Position numbers and translations under genes: made by a program. The notes beneath the pieces are model-generated. The model was given only the letters and a program-made list of their open reading frames with translations, was not told the origin of the DNA and ran no database searches. 64,000 nt of DNA from Cycas panzhihuaensis (lineage: Eukaryota > Plantae > Cycadophyta): contig CM041465.1 of NCBI GenBank assembly GCA_023213395.1, forward strand, positions 245,713,741-245,777,740, in the 5' to 3' direction. Shown piece after piece: positions 34,802 through 47,700 of the stretch; position 1 is the stretch's first letter, and every line of letters begins with the position of its first letter.

Positions 34802-36334
34802 TGGTCTGTTCGAGCTTGGTGCTAGAAGCTTTTGTTTTGTGAAAAACTTCTTTATGTATCAGGTGAGGGCATTAAAAGTCATTCCTTTTCGAAATTTAGG
34901 GGGTTTATGTATTTCAATGAATGTGGCGAAGGGTGGGATTTTGTAGGTTTATTGCATATAAGATGTGCCAAACAGATTCAGGTCATGCAGCGGTAGTGGT
35001 ACACAGGAAATTGCATTGGTATGCCTCATACAAGGGGAGTTTTTTTTGTAATGTTAAAAAAGGTGATCTGTAAGGTCTTGGTATGAAGTGAAATGTACTG
35101 CAAGGAAATTTGACTGTTTCTAGATTTGTGCGTTCCATATGTTCCTTTTGGGGATGGCTCTTTTATAAATTGCTGCTTAGATATTTCTGGTTCTTAATTT
35201 TTTCATAAATAGGAATTGAATTGCAAACATGAATGCTTTCAAGAAAAGAGGGCAGTGATTTTATTATGTATAACTAATTAAATAGGTCATCATAAATGGA
35301 TTCTGATGATTGGACTAAAAGGAATAAATATCTGTAGAGTACTTGGAGGCATTGAACAACTCTCCTTGAAAGGAAGGCATTTGAGGAAGTTGTATAGAAT
35401 CCCATGGAAAGACCGAGGATTTGCCAGATTATTTTGAAGCTGTATACTGAGTAAAATATATGCATTTTTAATTCTTAAAATTTAGCTTTGAAGAGAGGAC
35501 GGAGTGAATACAGAAGTAAGGTCTACTATTGTGCTATTCACTCTCTCACATCTTGTAGCATTTGATTATTATTATGTATATGATATTTCTTGGTGAATTT
35601 TCTTATTCTATTGAAGCATATGCCCATTATCTCCCTCAAGTTGTGTTGTGAACTAGTATTTTGACTCTTCCTAATGTTTCATAGTACTTTTGGAAGAAAG
35701 GCACATGAATTGAATGGGTAAATTATAAGAATACCCTTTTGGTTTTGTTAACTGTTTTGGTTAATTCCAACAGCGAAATAAATATCAATTGACATTGAAT
35801 GATTCAATGTGAAAGCCTAATATATGATGCAGGTTGTTTTTTTGTTCATTCCATTTATACGTTCTTACAAATGAGATATGTGGAGTCACCCAAAAGCGAA
35901 AACTGCCATTATTGAAAATTTCCTTCCAAAGTCCACATGCAACTAGATGGTTAAATAGTTGTGTGCTTATCCAGGCAAGTTCTAGTATAACACATTGTAC
36001 ACATTGTTTTGGGCCCTAGGATTGTCTATGCCAACTTCTTGATGGGTAACTATAAAAAAGCATGCATGTTGTGACCTCTGGGTTGTGGTCACATGGTGGC
36101 AAGAAACTTGCGGGCCAACCTTGACAACTTTTCTGCTCAATTCAAAAACCTTGACCTTCTCTGCTTTGTTTGCCTTTAGGATTGGTGTCTACTATGGTGC
36201 TGGCATGCACTTTAGTGGAACTTGATTGTTTTTGATGTCGACATGCAAATTTGTTGATATGGATCATTTTGACATGTATTTATGTAGAAATGAAATACTA
36301 ATTTTAATTTTTATGAAGTTCTATTGTATATATG

Positions 36335-39300
36335 TGTAGTGAGCCAAAAACAATATAGTAGAAAGAAGCTCTATTTCCAACAATGAAATTATATTCAAAG
36401 CAGATCATAGAACTTCACAACAGTAGATCTCATACTTTTACAACAGTAATAAAATTTCATAAATAACATTCAATAAAGATAATAATAGTGTAAATAAATG
36501 ATATGTGGTGATATCAACAGAACAACAGCACTTGATACAAACTATCCAACAGCTTGACGAATCCTCTTCGAGGTGATAGTGACTTTCTAAATAGGCACAA
36601 GACCCTAATGGCATGGGGCCATTATCCCTTCATAGCAGAAATTCTCCAAGATGATTTTCAAATGAAGGTTGTTTTTTTATTTATAGCCAATTTTATAATT
36701 TTTCCTCAAAAAAATTGACTTCATAATACAATAATTTAAATGATTGTTCTTTTAATTCTTTTAAAATCGATTTCACCACAATAAATTCTTTATATAAAAA
36801 TGAATTCTTTTAAGCTACAATACCCTTCCCGTTAAAATAATGCTTTGCTTTGAAGTATTTAGAATTTACTTGTAACTCGATTTGATCTTTTAACCACCAG
36901 CTGGTAGATCTTGTATGTCATAAAAATCTGATTTGGTCTTCTGTTTTTCATGGAATATTGCTAGCAACCGTCTTGAATTTTTTGAAGTTTATTTCTAGGA
37001 CTAGATACATGCTGTGTCTTGTTCAGAATCAGAAGGATCTTAGGACCAGTGAGGTTATCTCAAATGTCTTGTATTGGTCTTGTCTTGCATTTGCACATTT
37101 TGTTGTTCGATGAGATAGATTTTGGGAGAAGACAAAAGCTTTGGGAAAATAATTGGTCGTAAGGGTCATGGATTGATGATTGATTGTTGCGAAAAAGAAA
37201 AGAAAAAATAGAATTGTGAACTGAGATAAAGCATAGTTTTGAAGGTATAGGAAGAAGGGATAAATTTTGTAATTTACCTTGGATGGAGATGCGAATTTGT
37301 ATAGATTCTGTTAGGTTATAACATCTTTTGGGAAAGGGAAATGGATGGGGAATTAGTGATAGACATTTTTTATGAAAAAAAGACTTTAATGAATTTTTAG
37401 GGATGGTTTTCAGATAAGAGACAAGTTTTAATAGAAAAAAATAGTATTGATAATATGAAATTGAAGGGGTTTGGCAAACGTAAGATTGAATTTTGTAGGG
37501 GGTATTATTAAGTGATAGAATTTGACGAGCGGTTTGGAGTTGAGGAATATCCTATTGAGGATGATCTATATGGGATGGAGGAGTAGGTAAGTAAAGAGAT
37601 GAACTAGGATTATAGAGAGAAATTAGGATTTGACCTATGAAAAAACTAAAATTAAGGGAATTAAGATCATGGCTAACTATGGCTTGAGGATAAGATGGCT
37701 TTTAGACTATCATTGAACTAGGGAAAGAAAGAGGACGTATAAAACAACCAAACAAAATGTGTATGTGCATTACAGGATCAATGAGTATCTTGTATGAAAT
37801 TTGTTGAGATTCTCCTTCAAGGTTTATTTGTTCTTCATTGTCTTCATTCTACCCTTACGAAATTTCACTTTGTATTTTTTCTTCGATATTGTCTTGAGAC
37901 TCTTCTGTTACCTATGCCTGCTTCAAGTCTTCTATGTAGTCAAGTTGTTCCCTTTGTGGCTCTTGTTTTAACTATTGCAAAATTTTTGCTTCTTTTCTTT
38001 CTTCTCCTACTTTTGCCCCTTCATCTGGTTTCTTTGATGCTTTGGTACCCTCACCTTGCTCGTGGGTCTGAAGATCTTTTTGTTGTTGTCCAAATGTTTT
38101 GATAAATGCGCATTGAAACCAGAACCAATATGTGTATCTTGTTGATTGGTTGGACCAATTATTGAACCAATTAGAAGTTTTTTCTCCTAAGAATAATTTT
38201 AAATCTGCCTAATAATCATTAATTTTTTTACTTCCTATGAATTAATTCTGATCTTCAACCTAGTCTATCCATCCTCTTGCATCAATGCCTTCTTTGGGTT
38301 CAAAAAGGTCAAACATCTTTTTCAGTATGAAAATATTGCTCTCAACTGTGTCTTTGTCAATAATAGTTGTTTTCAAAGATAAAAATCGCTATTCTCTGTT
38401 AATCAAAACTATTACATATGACCACTCGTTATGTACGTCTCTGAACCATAAATCTAATGATTCAGATGACATTACAATCTGGCATCTGTAGCAAGAGATA
38501 TGAACAAAATCAATTAAATACCCAGTTTGGAAAATAAAATTGAAAAAAAAAAAAATTCTTTTATTAACCCCTTTTTGTCGGTTTAACCCTTGGTCATATT
38601 GTATCACCATATGTCCATTTGTTATCGGAGAAAAGGCGAACTTCAACATATATCAAATTTCATAAAATTAACAACAAATTAAAGGAAAATTTAGGAAAAT
38701 ATATTAGCACCTAGACTTTATATCTGCGCCTCATTTCTATATGCTTGATTATCGCATGTAATGTTGATTATTGTCTATAATGCCTTTGATATCTTTCCTT
38801 CCGCTGCATTCTACGTGTGTATAACGCAATGCTCTTGTGAAATGGTCTGTTGGCTCTTGCACCTAAGCGATTTCTCAGTGGCTTCAACTTCGTGACCTAG
38901 CTATGTTCCTATGGAAACAAGTTTTGGTATAACACCCTCATACCCTGCTTTGCTCCACTTTACCTTGCATGCCTGTTGGTTTTTTCTTTCGTCTGTTCAA
39001 TTAGGGAATCAAACCAAGGATGGCTCGTGGTAGGTTTCTTTTACGTCTATAGGGATTTGATCGAGTGGCATTATGAACAGGTATTCATCCTTTTCAGAAC
39101 ATTCAAGGAACCCTAAATAAATACCAACTAAGAAGCTACGAGAACCCAAAGACCCAGGATATTATGTCCTAGCTTTCCATATTCTAGTTGAATTCAACAT
39201 AATGTACATAATTTTCATGTGCACCGATCTTATATGATTCCCTCTCGCACACCTGCTGCTTCATCGTCTTCTACACTCTACCCAGTTTTGCTCTGTTTGT

Positions 39301-40180
39301 AGGTCGTTTGAGGATGGACAGATCGTTATAGACATAGGGACGTCTTCTACACAATCTTCTAATCTGTAAAATATCTATGGCCATTCATGATATTTTAGAT
39401 TAGGTTCTTAATAGTGTAATTGATCGCAGAAGCAGAACGATGGCCCCAGATTTGCTTGTAGCTACATGACAAAGTCCCCATCGAACAACCACTCTGACGT
39501 TTAGGGTTTTTGGTCCAGCGTCCAACACTTCGTTTTTTTATAATTTCTGGAAGATTGATAAATAGTTCTCTGAGATTAATTGGTGGCAGGGCAACAATGA
39601 ATGAGGTTTTGATTTTCTATTTTCTTTGGCACAATTTCAACTCAACCCTTTGATAACAAGGCTCTGATACCAGTTGTAGTGAGCCAAAAACAATACAACA
39701 GGCAAAAATTCTATTTCGAACAATGAAATTATATTCAAAGCAGATCATAGCACTTCATAGCAGTAGATCTCATACCTTTACAACAGTTATGATATAATTG
39801 TAGTAATAAAACCTCATAAATAATATTCAACAAAGATAATAATAACGTAAATAAATAATATATGATGATATCAATAGAACAATAGCACTTGATACAAAAT
39901 ATTCAATAGCTTGGCGAACCCTATTCAATGCGAGAGCGCCCTTCCAAATAGGCACAAGGCCCTAATCGCACGAGGCCATTATTCCTTCACAGTAAAAATT
40001 CTCCAAGATGATTTTCAAATGAAGGTGGCTTCTTTATTTATAGCCAACTTTATAATTTTCCCTCTAAAAGGCCGACTTCATAATAAAATAATTTAAATAA
40101 TTCCTCTTTTAATTCTTGCAAAATCAACTTCACCATAATAAATTCTTTATATAAAAGCAGCTTCTTTTAAAAATACTACA
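36335..40180 (-). mobile_element. Complete non-autonomous LTR element (gag-remnant only, TR-GAG/LARD-like), 3.85 kb, TSD ATATG
   Basis: LTRs 36335-36819 and 39675-40180 (TGTAG..CTACA); PBS TGGTATCAGAGC (reverse complement of 39661-39672); PPT GGGAAGGGTA; ATATG at 36330-36334 and 40181-40185; gag-like FEPKEGIDARGWID..NWF..FIKTFG at ~38090-38320; no pol motifs. Confidence 0.92.
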
Positions 40181-40472
40181 ATATGCTTATGCATGTGTTA
40201 GTTTCAATAGATTACATACATGCAAAATGTGCCCCAGTCATATGATTAAACTTGTTAATTGAATGTTCTAGTATTTCAGTGGTCCCAAATTATAGCCATA
40301 TGTTGTAAAGGGCAAAATCCATATATGTGAGTTTTGGAATTAAGAAAAAATATAGTTCATTATTGGCTAGGTAAAGGAATAATTATAGGTTAATATGTCA
40401 AAGTAGTAATACAATGTTAGTTAACTGAGTAGTTAAAATTGAGTCACCATTGGGTGCTTGCAATAGTTGATC

Positions 40473-41118
40473 TGTTGAGGAAACTAGGTTATAATAACCA
40501 AAAATCACCATCAAGATTTAAAGTTTTTTTGTAACTAGTTATAGGAATTGAAATTGAAATTTAACATGCAAGTTCTTAAACTAGAGATAATTCAATAAAT
40601 AAGTCAGAAAGCTAAAGCATTATATATACACCAAATGTAACGTGGTAAAACCCTACTAGTGTGCTAGGAAAATATCTACACAAGAAAGGTATCGATTTTT
40701 ATTATCAAAAAATGGAGAAATGTACATAATCTGCAGTAGAATGCTCACAATAATAACATCCGTTCCTCACAGTGCATCCAATACATCGAATACCATCAAC
40801 ATAATAAAAAAACACCATAAATTGGATTATGTGAGAGTCATACAAGGTACAAATTTCAACCATAGAATTTGGGGTATTTTAAATGAACGACCCTAATTTT
40901 CTTTACAATTTAGTATGTTTTACAGTCCTAGCTTTTTGGGTCAGGGGTTACTGCCTCTGAACCCTATCTTTGTCGGCGGGTTCTAGCACCCCTCGTACCC
41001 CCCGATCAAGGGGGACTCTGCCTCCCTTGGATCCCTCTCACAAAAGTTTGAAGGAGAACCACGTTGTGAATATATCAACATTTTTGCCTCCAAAACATAG
41101 TTGTCACATTATCTAACA
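40473..41118. mobile_element. Solo LTR with TSD TGATC
   Basis: TGTTG..TAACA flanked by TGATC at 40468-40472 and 41119-41123. Confidence 0.7.
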
Positions 41119-42099
41119 TGATCAACTATGTATTCTATAAATAGAGTGATCTGCGTGGTATTAGGGTTCTTCATTAATTGCTTTTGATGTCTGTGAATAT
41201 ATAACATTTTTGAAAGTAACTAAGTACTGACATTAACATCAGTTCATTAGTTGGTAATGTTTCATTTGGTAAGGTGAACATTATATTCTTATGGATTATT
41301 GAATGTTTTTGGTGTTTGGTAACTTGTGGATAATGAAATTGTATTGTTTGTAGTGTATGAAATGGCTAAAATGAACTTGATTTGGTGCCATTGCCTTTAG
41401 TTGAACCTCAAAGGGTTGCTTTTTGGTGGTCATACCATATGTGATGGGTGGATAACAAAAACAAAATCACAAGAAAAGGGAATTTTTTCTGAGCTGCGAC
41501 GGCGAAAGAAGATATTGGAGATGAAAGTGGCCTTTGGTTGGATCAGAGTGGTGAATTGCACCTGTTATGTGGCAAAGACATTTTGCAATTTCCCTTGGAG
41601 GTTCAATGAACTTTTAAGCATGAGATTCATGATGCTTTTTTCACAAGATTTTTTAGCATTTATTTTTGTAAATTGAGAATTGAGTTGAAAAATTAATTAC
41701 TAAGATTTAATAAAGATCTGATTTGGTCACAATCATACTGTAGTCTATTATTATTGTGAAATATTGATTCAATGTCATATGAATATTAATTAACAATGGG
41801 GAAATTTTAAGGGCTTTGTTGAAGATTAGATAATTGACATAGGTTGTTGGCTGCAAAGGATAAAAGACATTCACCAATAATCACTATATTTTCTTGGTAA
41901 GTAATTGCTTCAATGTAAATGTGTTTTGAAATTAATGGTCATGGTTTGTTGATTTATTTGCATTAAGAAACATTGTGAAAGATAAATATGATTTGTGTTT
42001 GGGGATTTGTACGAGAGCATTAGCAAGAGAGTATAAAAGATCGTTGTCTAGGATTGCTTTGACTTTGAAAATTGCAAATGGAGGGAACTTGAAGTCTCT

Positions 42100-44500
42100 G
42101 AGGCATTAACTCTCATATGATAGGATTTTATACTTGACTTACGAGTTCCAAAAGGAAATAGGGCAATTTGAAGAAAAGACGCCATGGAATTTTATTAATT
42201 TTTCATCTTTAATTAATGCAGACTTACAATCAACCTTAGTTTGCAAGCAGTGATTAATAGGGCAAATTAGACACCCATTAGGAGCCAATGTTTAGAAGAG
42301 TCATTATGCAATATGATGGAATGACAAATGGGCCTCAATACCCTTTTGTATGAGTTTGTCTAGAAATGTTGGAAGTTAATTGATGCCCAAGATCAATGGA
42401 ATAAATTTGTGGAAACTTTGAGAGGTTGAGTGATATTAGTCCCAAAATAATAAAACCAAATGGGTTGTGTTAAGAAGGGATTTTGTAAAGCTTTGGGATT
42501 TGAATAAAAAAAAGATAAAATTTAAAACGAGTTTGATATTTGTTGTTGAGATGCTTTTAATTGATTGCCATATAAGATTGATCAAGATAAGGAGGTCGGT
42601 TATTTGGTGAAGGGAATTTTAGCTCCCACTTTATTGGTGGTTCAACAAGGGAATCTATTAACATATGACGCTGCTATTGAGGTGGCATTAGAGTGTGAAG
42701 GATAAATAGGGGGCACTTATTTGAGTAATGGATTTGATCCCATTATTTATCAACTGACATAGATTTTGGAATGATTTAAAATGGACTTGGGAGTACAACA
42801 TAGTCAACATTAGGTATGTTGTAATACAAGTTTAGTATAGGAATATTGGGGAAATAAATGGCAATTGAATATTCGATCCTTATTCATCTTACCGACATCT
42901 TTTATATTACCAATCCACGGTTGGCGATGTAGCTAATTCACATAATAATGTAGGTTTTGATAATAAACATCAATAAATATCCGTTTGTCATATGCATGAG
43001 ATGTTTGGTCATTTTCATAGGGGTTAATCATCCAATTGACAATGTTATATTTGTAGGGCAAAGGCTCATAACATGATTGACTACCATATAATTTGTGGTT
43101 GAATTGACCTAAAGCTCACCAGCACATTATTGTTAAAAGTTTGTTAATCAAGTCTAATAGATGTTGGATTGTTTTAGGTATGGTATATTATGTCACACTT
43201 AAGGAAGTGTCTGCATAATATACTAGGGTGGTTTGTAATTTGTGTGGATTGAGTAATCATAAAATGATTCTGTTTTGTGTTGATGCAGAGGTTAAAAGGT
43301 AAGCATATCAAATCATTTGATGGTGGTGGTTGATCCAAAGTTTGACAAGATAATGACTGCGAATTGGGAGAGAAGGCAAGGTACTTAAGGTGGAAGGGAC
43401 AATGTGCGACGAAAAGTTAAAAGATCCTTTAATATGTTTAACAAGGAGGAGTTCTCCATCTAATCGTAATCATAAGATGAAAAACAATGCATTTCAACAA
43501 ACTCAATAAGAGATTAATTTTCAAAGCTTAGACAATAATGCTTGAAGAAAAACAAATTACCATGGCTCAAACAATTTGCAAACATATGGAGATTCATTGA
43601 TTATTCAATAGATTTTGTATCTATTGGGTAATATTTAGGTAGTTCATTTGATTAAAAGTGGCATAACTATAAATGTTGGTGGAATTAGATTGAAAGATGT
43701 GAAGTGGGTTATATAGTTGACTTATCGACAATAGCCAAGGGCATTCACTCTTTGGTTAACATTCAAATGAATGGAAAATTTACTCAAAAAGTAGTTGGAT
43801 TGGGGTCATTGGTGAACTTGATTGCATGGTGTTTGAAAAATGATTGGTTGATCCACTGTTAGAAAGCATTAGTAATAATTGAAGTGGTTGATTAAATCGT
43901 AGTAAAATCAACTGGAATTAATTGCGTTTTCTAGAGAAATGCGGTGATATGACAAACCATGTTGATTTGGAAACTAGTCGTGTTCTTGGAGATTAGATAC
44001 ATAGAAAATTTTCCTTGGTTGATCATGGGATACAACAATACACTGAGCATTGTGTTTGGATTAATATCATATGATTTTTTGATGAGATGACAAATAAGTG
44101 GTGGTATCCCTTGATTGTAGCTTGGAGATACCTGGATAAGTTGCATATTCTCTTTTGATTAAGAGAGTTGCATATTCAACAATACGAGGAAATTTATAGA
44201 TGTCTAGTTGTAACAAAGGATTTTTGTGAAACCAATAGTAGAAGGCTTATGAATTTCAACGGTACCTCTTTACTTCTAGACAACTTTGACGAGTTGAGTT
44301 ATGCTTAGCAAGATGGGATGTATGAAGAGCAATGTCAATGCTTCAATATACAAATCAATCAAATTCAACATATTCTTTTTTGTGCATTGATAATTGATTA
44401 TGAGGTGGAATTTGATGCATCAACAGATCTAGTGAAGGATTTAGAGAACCTATTGAGCTATCTTGCATAAATTCAAGTAGATAGAATGATGGCAACATGG
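42100..44500 (+). mobile_element. Highly decayed gypsy gag (several knuckle remnants) plus protease
   Basis: CxxC/H remnants 42985-43285; IQMNGKFTQKVVGLGSLVNLI protease-like at ~43760-43830; many stops; boundaries uncertain. Confidence 0.5.
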
Positions 44501-44756
44501 GTGTAATCCTTGGTTGGTTTATATTTTAGCTAGAGGATATCCCATCACTATTCATGGTAGTTGTACCACAATGCCATAAAATGTTTTTGGAGAATATTTG
44601 ATTAGCAATATCATCTTCATGTGACACATAAGAAAGTATATGGGTTAAGATTGCTTGTATCACATTTTGCATATTTGTGTGGAAGCCTCATCAATTAAAG
44701 AAATTCCACAAGAGTGTTGCATTTGTTTCTTTCGATGTTGAATATTTTATCTTATG

Positions 44757-47700
44757 TATTATATAACCTCCCATGGCGAATAACATATAACAACTAATTG
44801 TGCAGTTAAGGTGGTACATGCTAATGTTTATTAATGGGTATGTATGGGCTGCATATCTTTACCAATGGGATTAAAGATCGTATAGTCCTCTAATAGGATG
44901 CTAAGGAATAACAACTACTTTTGTTTATTTAAGGTCATACATTTGTAAAGAAATCCCTTATGTCATAATCTCCTCTTGTAAGATTGTACTCATGTATAAT
45001 TTATCTTTTGGTGTCTTTTAATCTCTCTTATATCTTTTCATATTCTGAATGTAATCTAAACTGTTGCAGCAATAAAAGATCTATTTGTGCTCTCTTATTA
45101 CTTATTTAGAATAAAGATTACAAGTTGGGATCATAACAAGTGATATCAGAGCGAGATACAACTATTTAGTGGAAAGATTTAGTAATCGCAGGGATTTTTT
45201 TTTTTTTTTTTCCCCCTTTGGTTATTTTCAAAACCCTCTATCATAAATAGTTTTTATCTTTTTTTGATTAGTTATGTTATTCACGTAAGTCAGTTGTAAT
45301 TAGGCAACTCACTCCAAATTAGTAAATCACACCCTCCCTTCCCCTAAAGTTTAGGTACATATCCTATGTTAGGAGTCTATAAACATCATAGGGATTTGTC
45401 ATTTTTGGCTAAAAGCACATTTAGATATATGTTGTTGCGTGAAGTAAAATGTAGACTGCACTAATACTTAGGCCTTCGATAGAACCTGATTATAGACTTA
45501 TGCTTCCACATACCCTTGAGTATATAGGAGGACCCCTGTAGGCTTTTTCACAAATCTAGAATAGGAAAACATTTGACCATTTGTCCCTCTGTGGTGTACA
45601 GGTTAATGATTAGCATTTGGAAGCTACTCTACACGACTGTAGAGCTTATGGGGACAATTTTTCCTTTGTAAGTAGTACCTTGAGATATTGGATTGAGCTA
45701 TAGTAACGACAAAGTAGTTTATTGTAGGGCCTATAGACCTAAACACTCCCTTGTCAGAGTTTGGTAGATTCTCTTATCACTTGTACGTTAATTATTAAAC
45801 AAACCCTCCATACAAAATCTTGAGTCTACTGTACTTCTATCAATACAATTGAGAATTACCATAAATCTATGACTATAACTTATTATTGAATAAATCAATA
45901 ACAATACTCTATATAAATACCATCACATCCAGTAAGGTGATCCTACAAAAAATAGTAAGATTATCAAATCAGAGCATATCTGCAAATTTACATAGTTTAG
46001 CTCTTAAGACTTTTTAGTACAATCAATAGGTAGACACACTGTGTTGGAATTTTTGCCCAAATTTTCAACATCATTTACATCTAGTTCTGTCTGCATCAGA
46101 GTTGCCTAAACTTAGTCCAACCTAGTTGAGTTTAGTCCCATAGTTTATCTTACAAAAAAAGAAAGAAAAAGAAAAAAAGAGTTATAATTTTGTTAATATT
46201 TATCGGATTTAAACGAGACTTACGTCGTTAGACTCGTAAGAAAAAAAAATATCCACGACCCAAAAATTGACCTTAGCAACTTATTCATCTTATTTTGATT
46301 AGTGTCTCATGTTGATTCAAGTCCACAAAGTCTTTTTCAACTGTCAATTTTGGCAAAAACTTAACTTACGTGCACTTTGTAAGCCCTACTGGTCTCAATT
46401 TCTCATTTATTATTCACCTATATCATCTTGACGAGCTTGTTGCACTCGTTCAAGTGCACTAGGTTATTTTCTTACTTAATTTTTGGGGTCAACAACGTAT
46501 AGACAACTCATACCCTACCCTTCTTTCCTCTCTTTATTCTTTTTATATATCTCCATTCCTTTGACACCCATTCTACTTATCTCTCCCATTTCTTGCATTC
46601 CTTTCTTCTAGTTATTCTTCGCTTTGTCAAGACCCCTTTTGTAATGAGTCAATTTGAACATTTTTTCTCTTTGGAAACTCAATTCCTCACTATATAGAAT
46701 ATACACAAACATGACACAACTAGGCTATCATTAGACATTGCAAACTTCACTAAACATATTACATCTATACACAATCAACTCTCCAGTTTTTTCTTTGTGG
46801 CCAACTCTAACTTCAACATTTCACAAGGTGTAGCATCTTAAAGTGGAACCCCACCTCCCTAGTCTATATGATAACAACCATTCAATTATAAAATTAATAT
46901 ATTAGTCTTCGATTCAAATCTCAACAAGGATGTAGTTTGTGATTGGTTCAAAAAATTTAGATTCCTATTTTGCACTCAATCACTTGTTTAAAGTTGATCA
47001 ACTGACATTTGCCTCCATTCACTTGGAAGGTAAAGCTCACTACTGGTATAAATAGTAGATCCGTAAGTATCCATCAAATCAAACATGTGATCAATTTTGT
47101 AAATGCTTTTTTGAGCAATATGAAGAGACATGGAACTAATATGTTTTTAGCCAATTGATGTGATTAAGACAAACCATGTTGGTTGAAGCCTACACGAATG
47201 AGTTCTAGGCAATTTAGACTCAAGTCACCTACTGCCTAGAAAAATAGACATTGGTTGAAACTTACATAGCTAATCTCAATGAACGAATCCAAATGAGTCT
47301 GAAGACCGACTAATCTGCTAACCTTCAGGATGTCGTCAATTATGCTAAGGCAATTGAAGTTGAATTTACAACAAAGCGAGCATTTCGGGTTAGAAGAGAC
47401 ACCTTACTTTATTTGCCAAAGGCTTGTAGAACCATATAGACCTCCAAGGCTTTGAGCAAAAGAACCTCCACGACAATCAATAGACCGTCCAACTGAACCC
47501 TCGATAATAGAACAACCATCAACACAAATGTAGATACCCACATCTGAGGTGCACAAGTGCAAAGAAGCTGGTCTATGCTCATAGTGTGCAGAAAAATAGT
47601 TCCCATGACATGGTTATGTATGTAAAGGCAAAATAGTCATATTCACCATTGACCCCGATTCTAACTCCGAAGATGAAATTGAAGAAAACCACCCTTGGAA

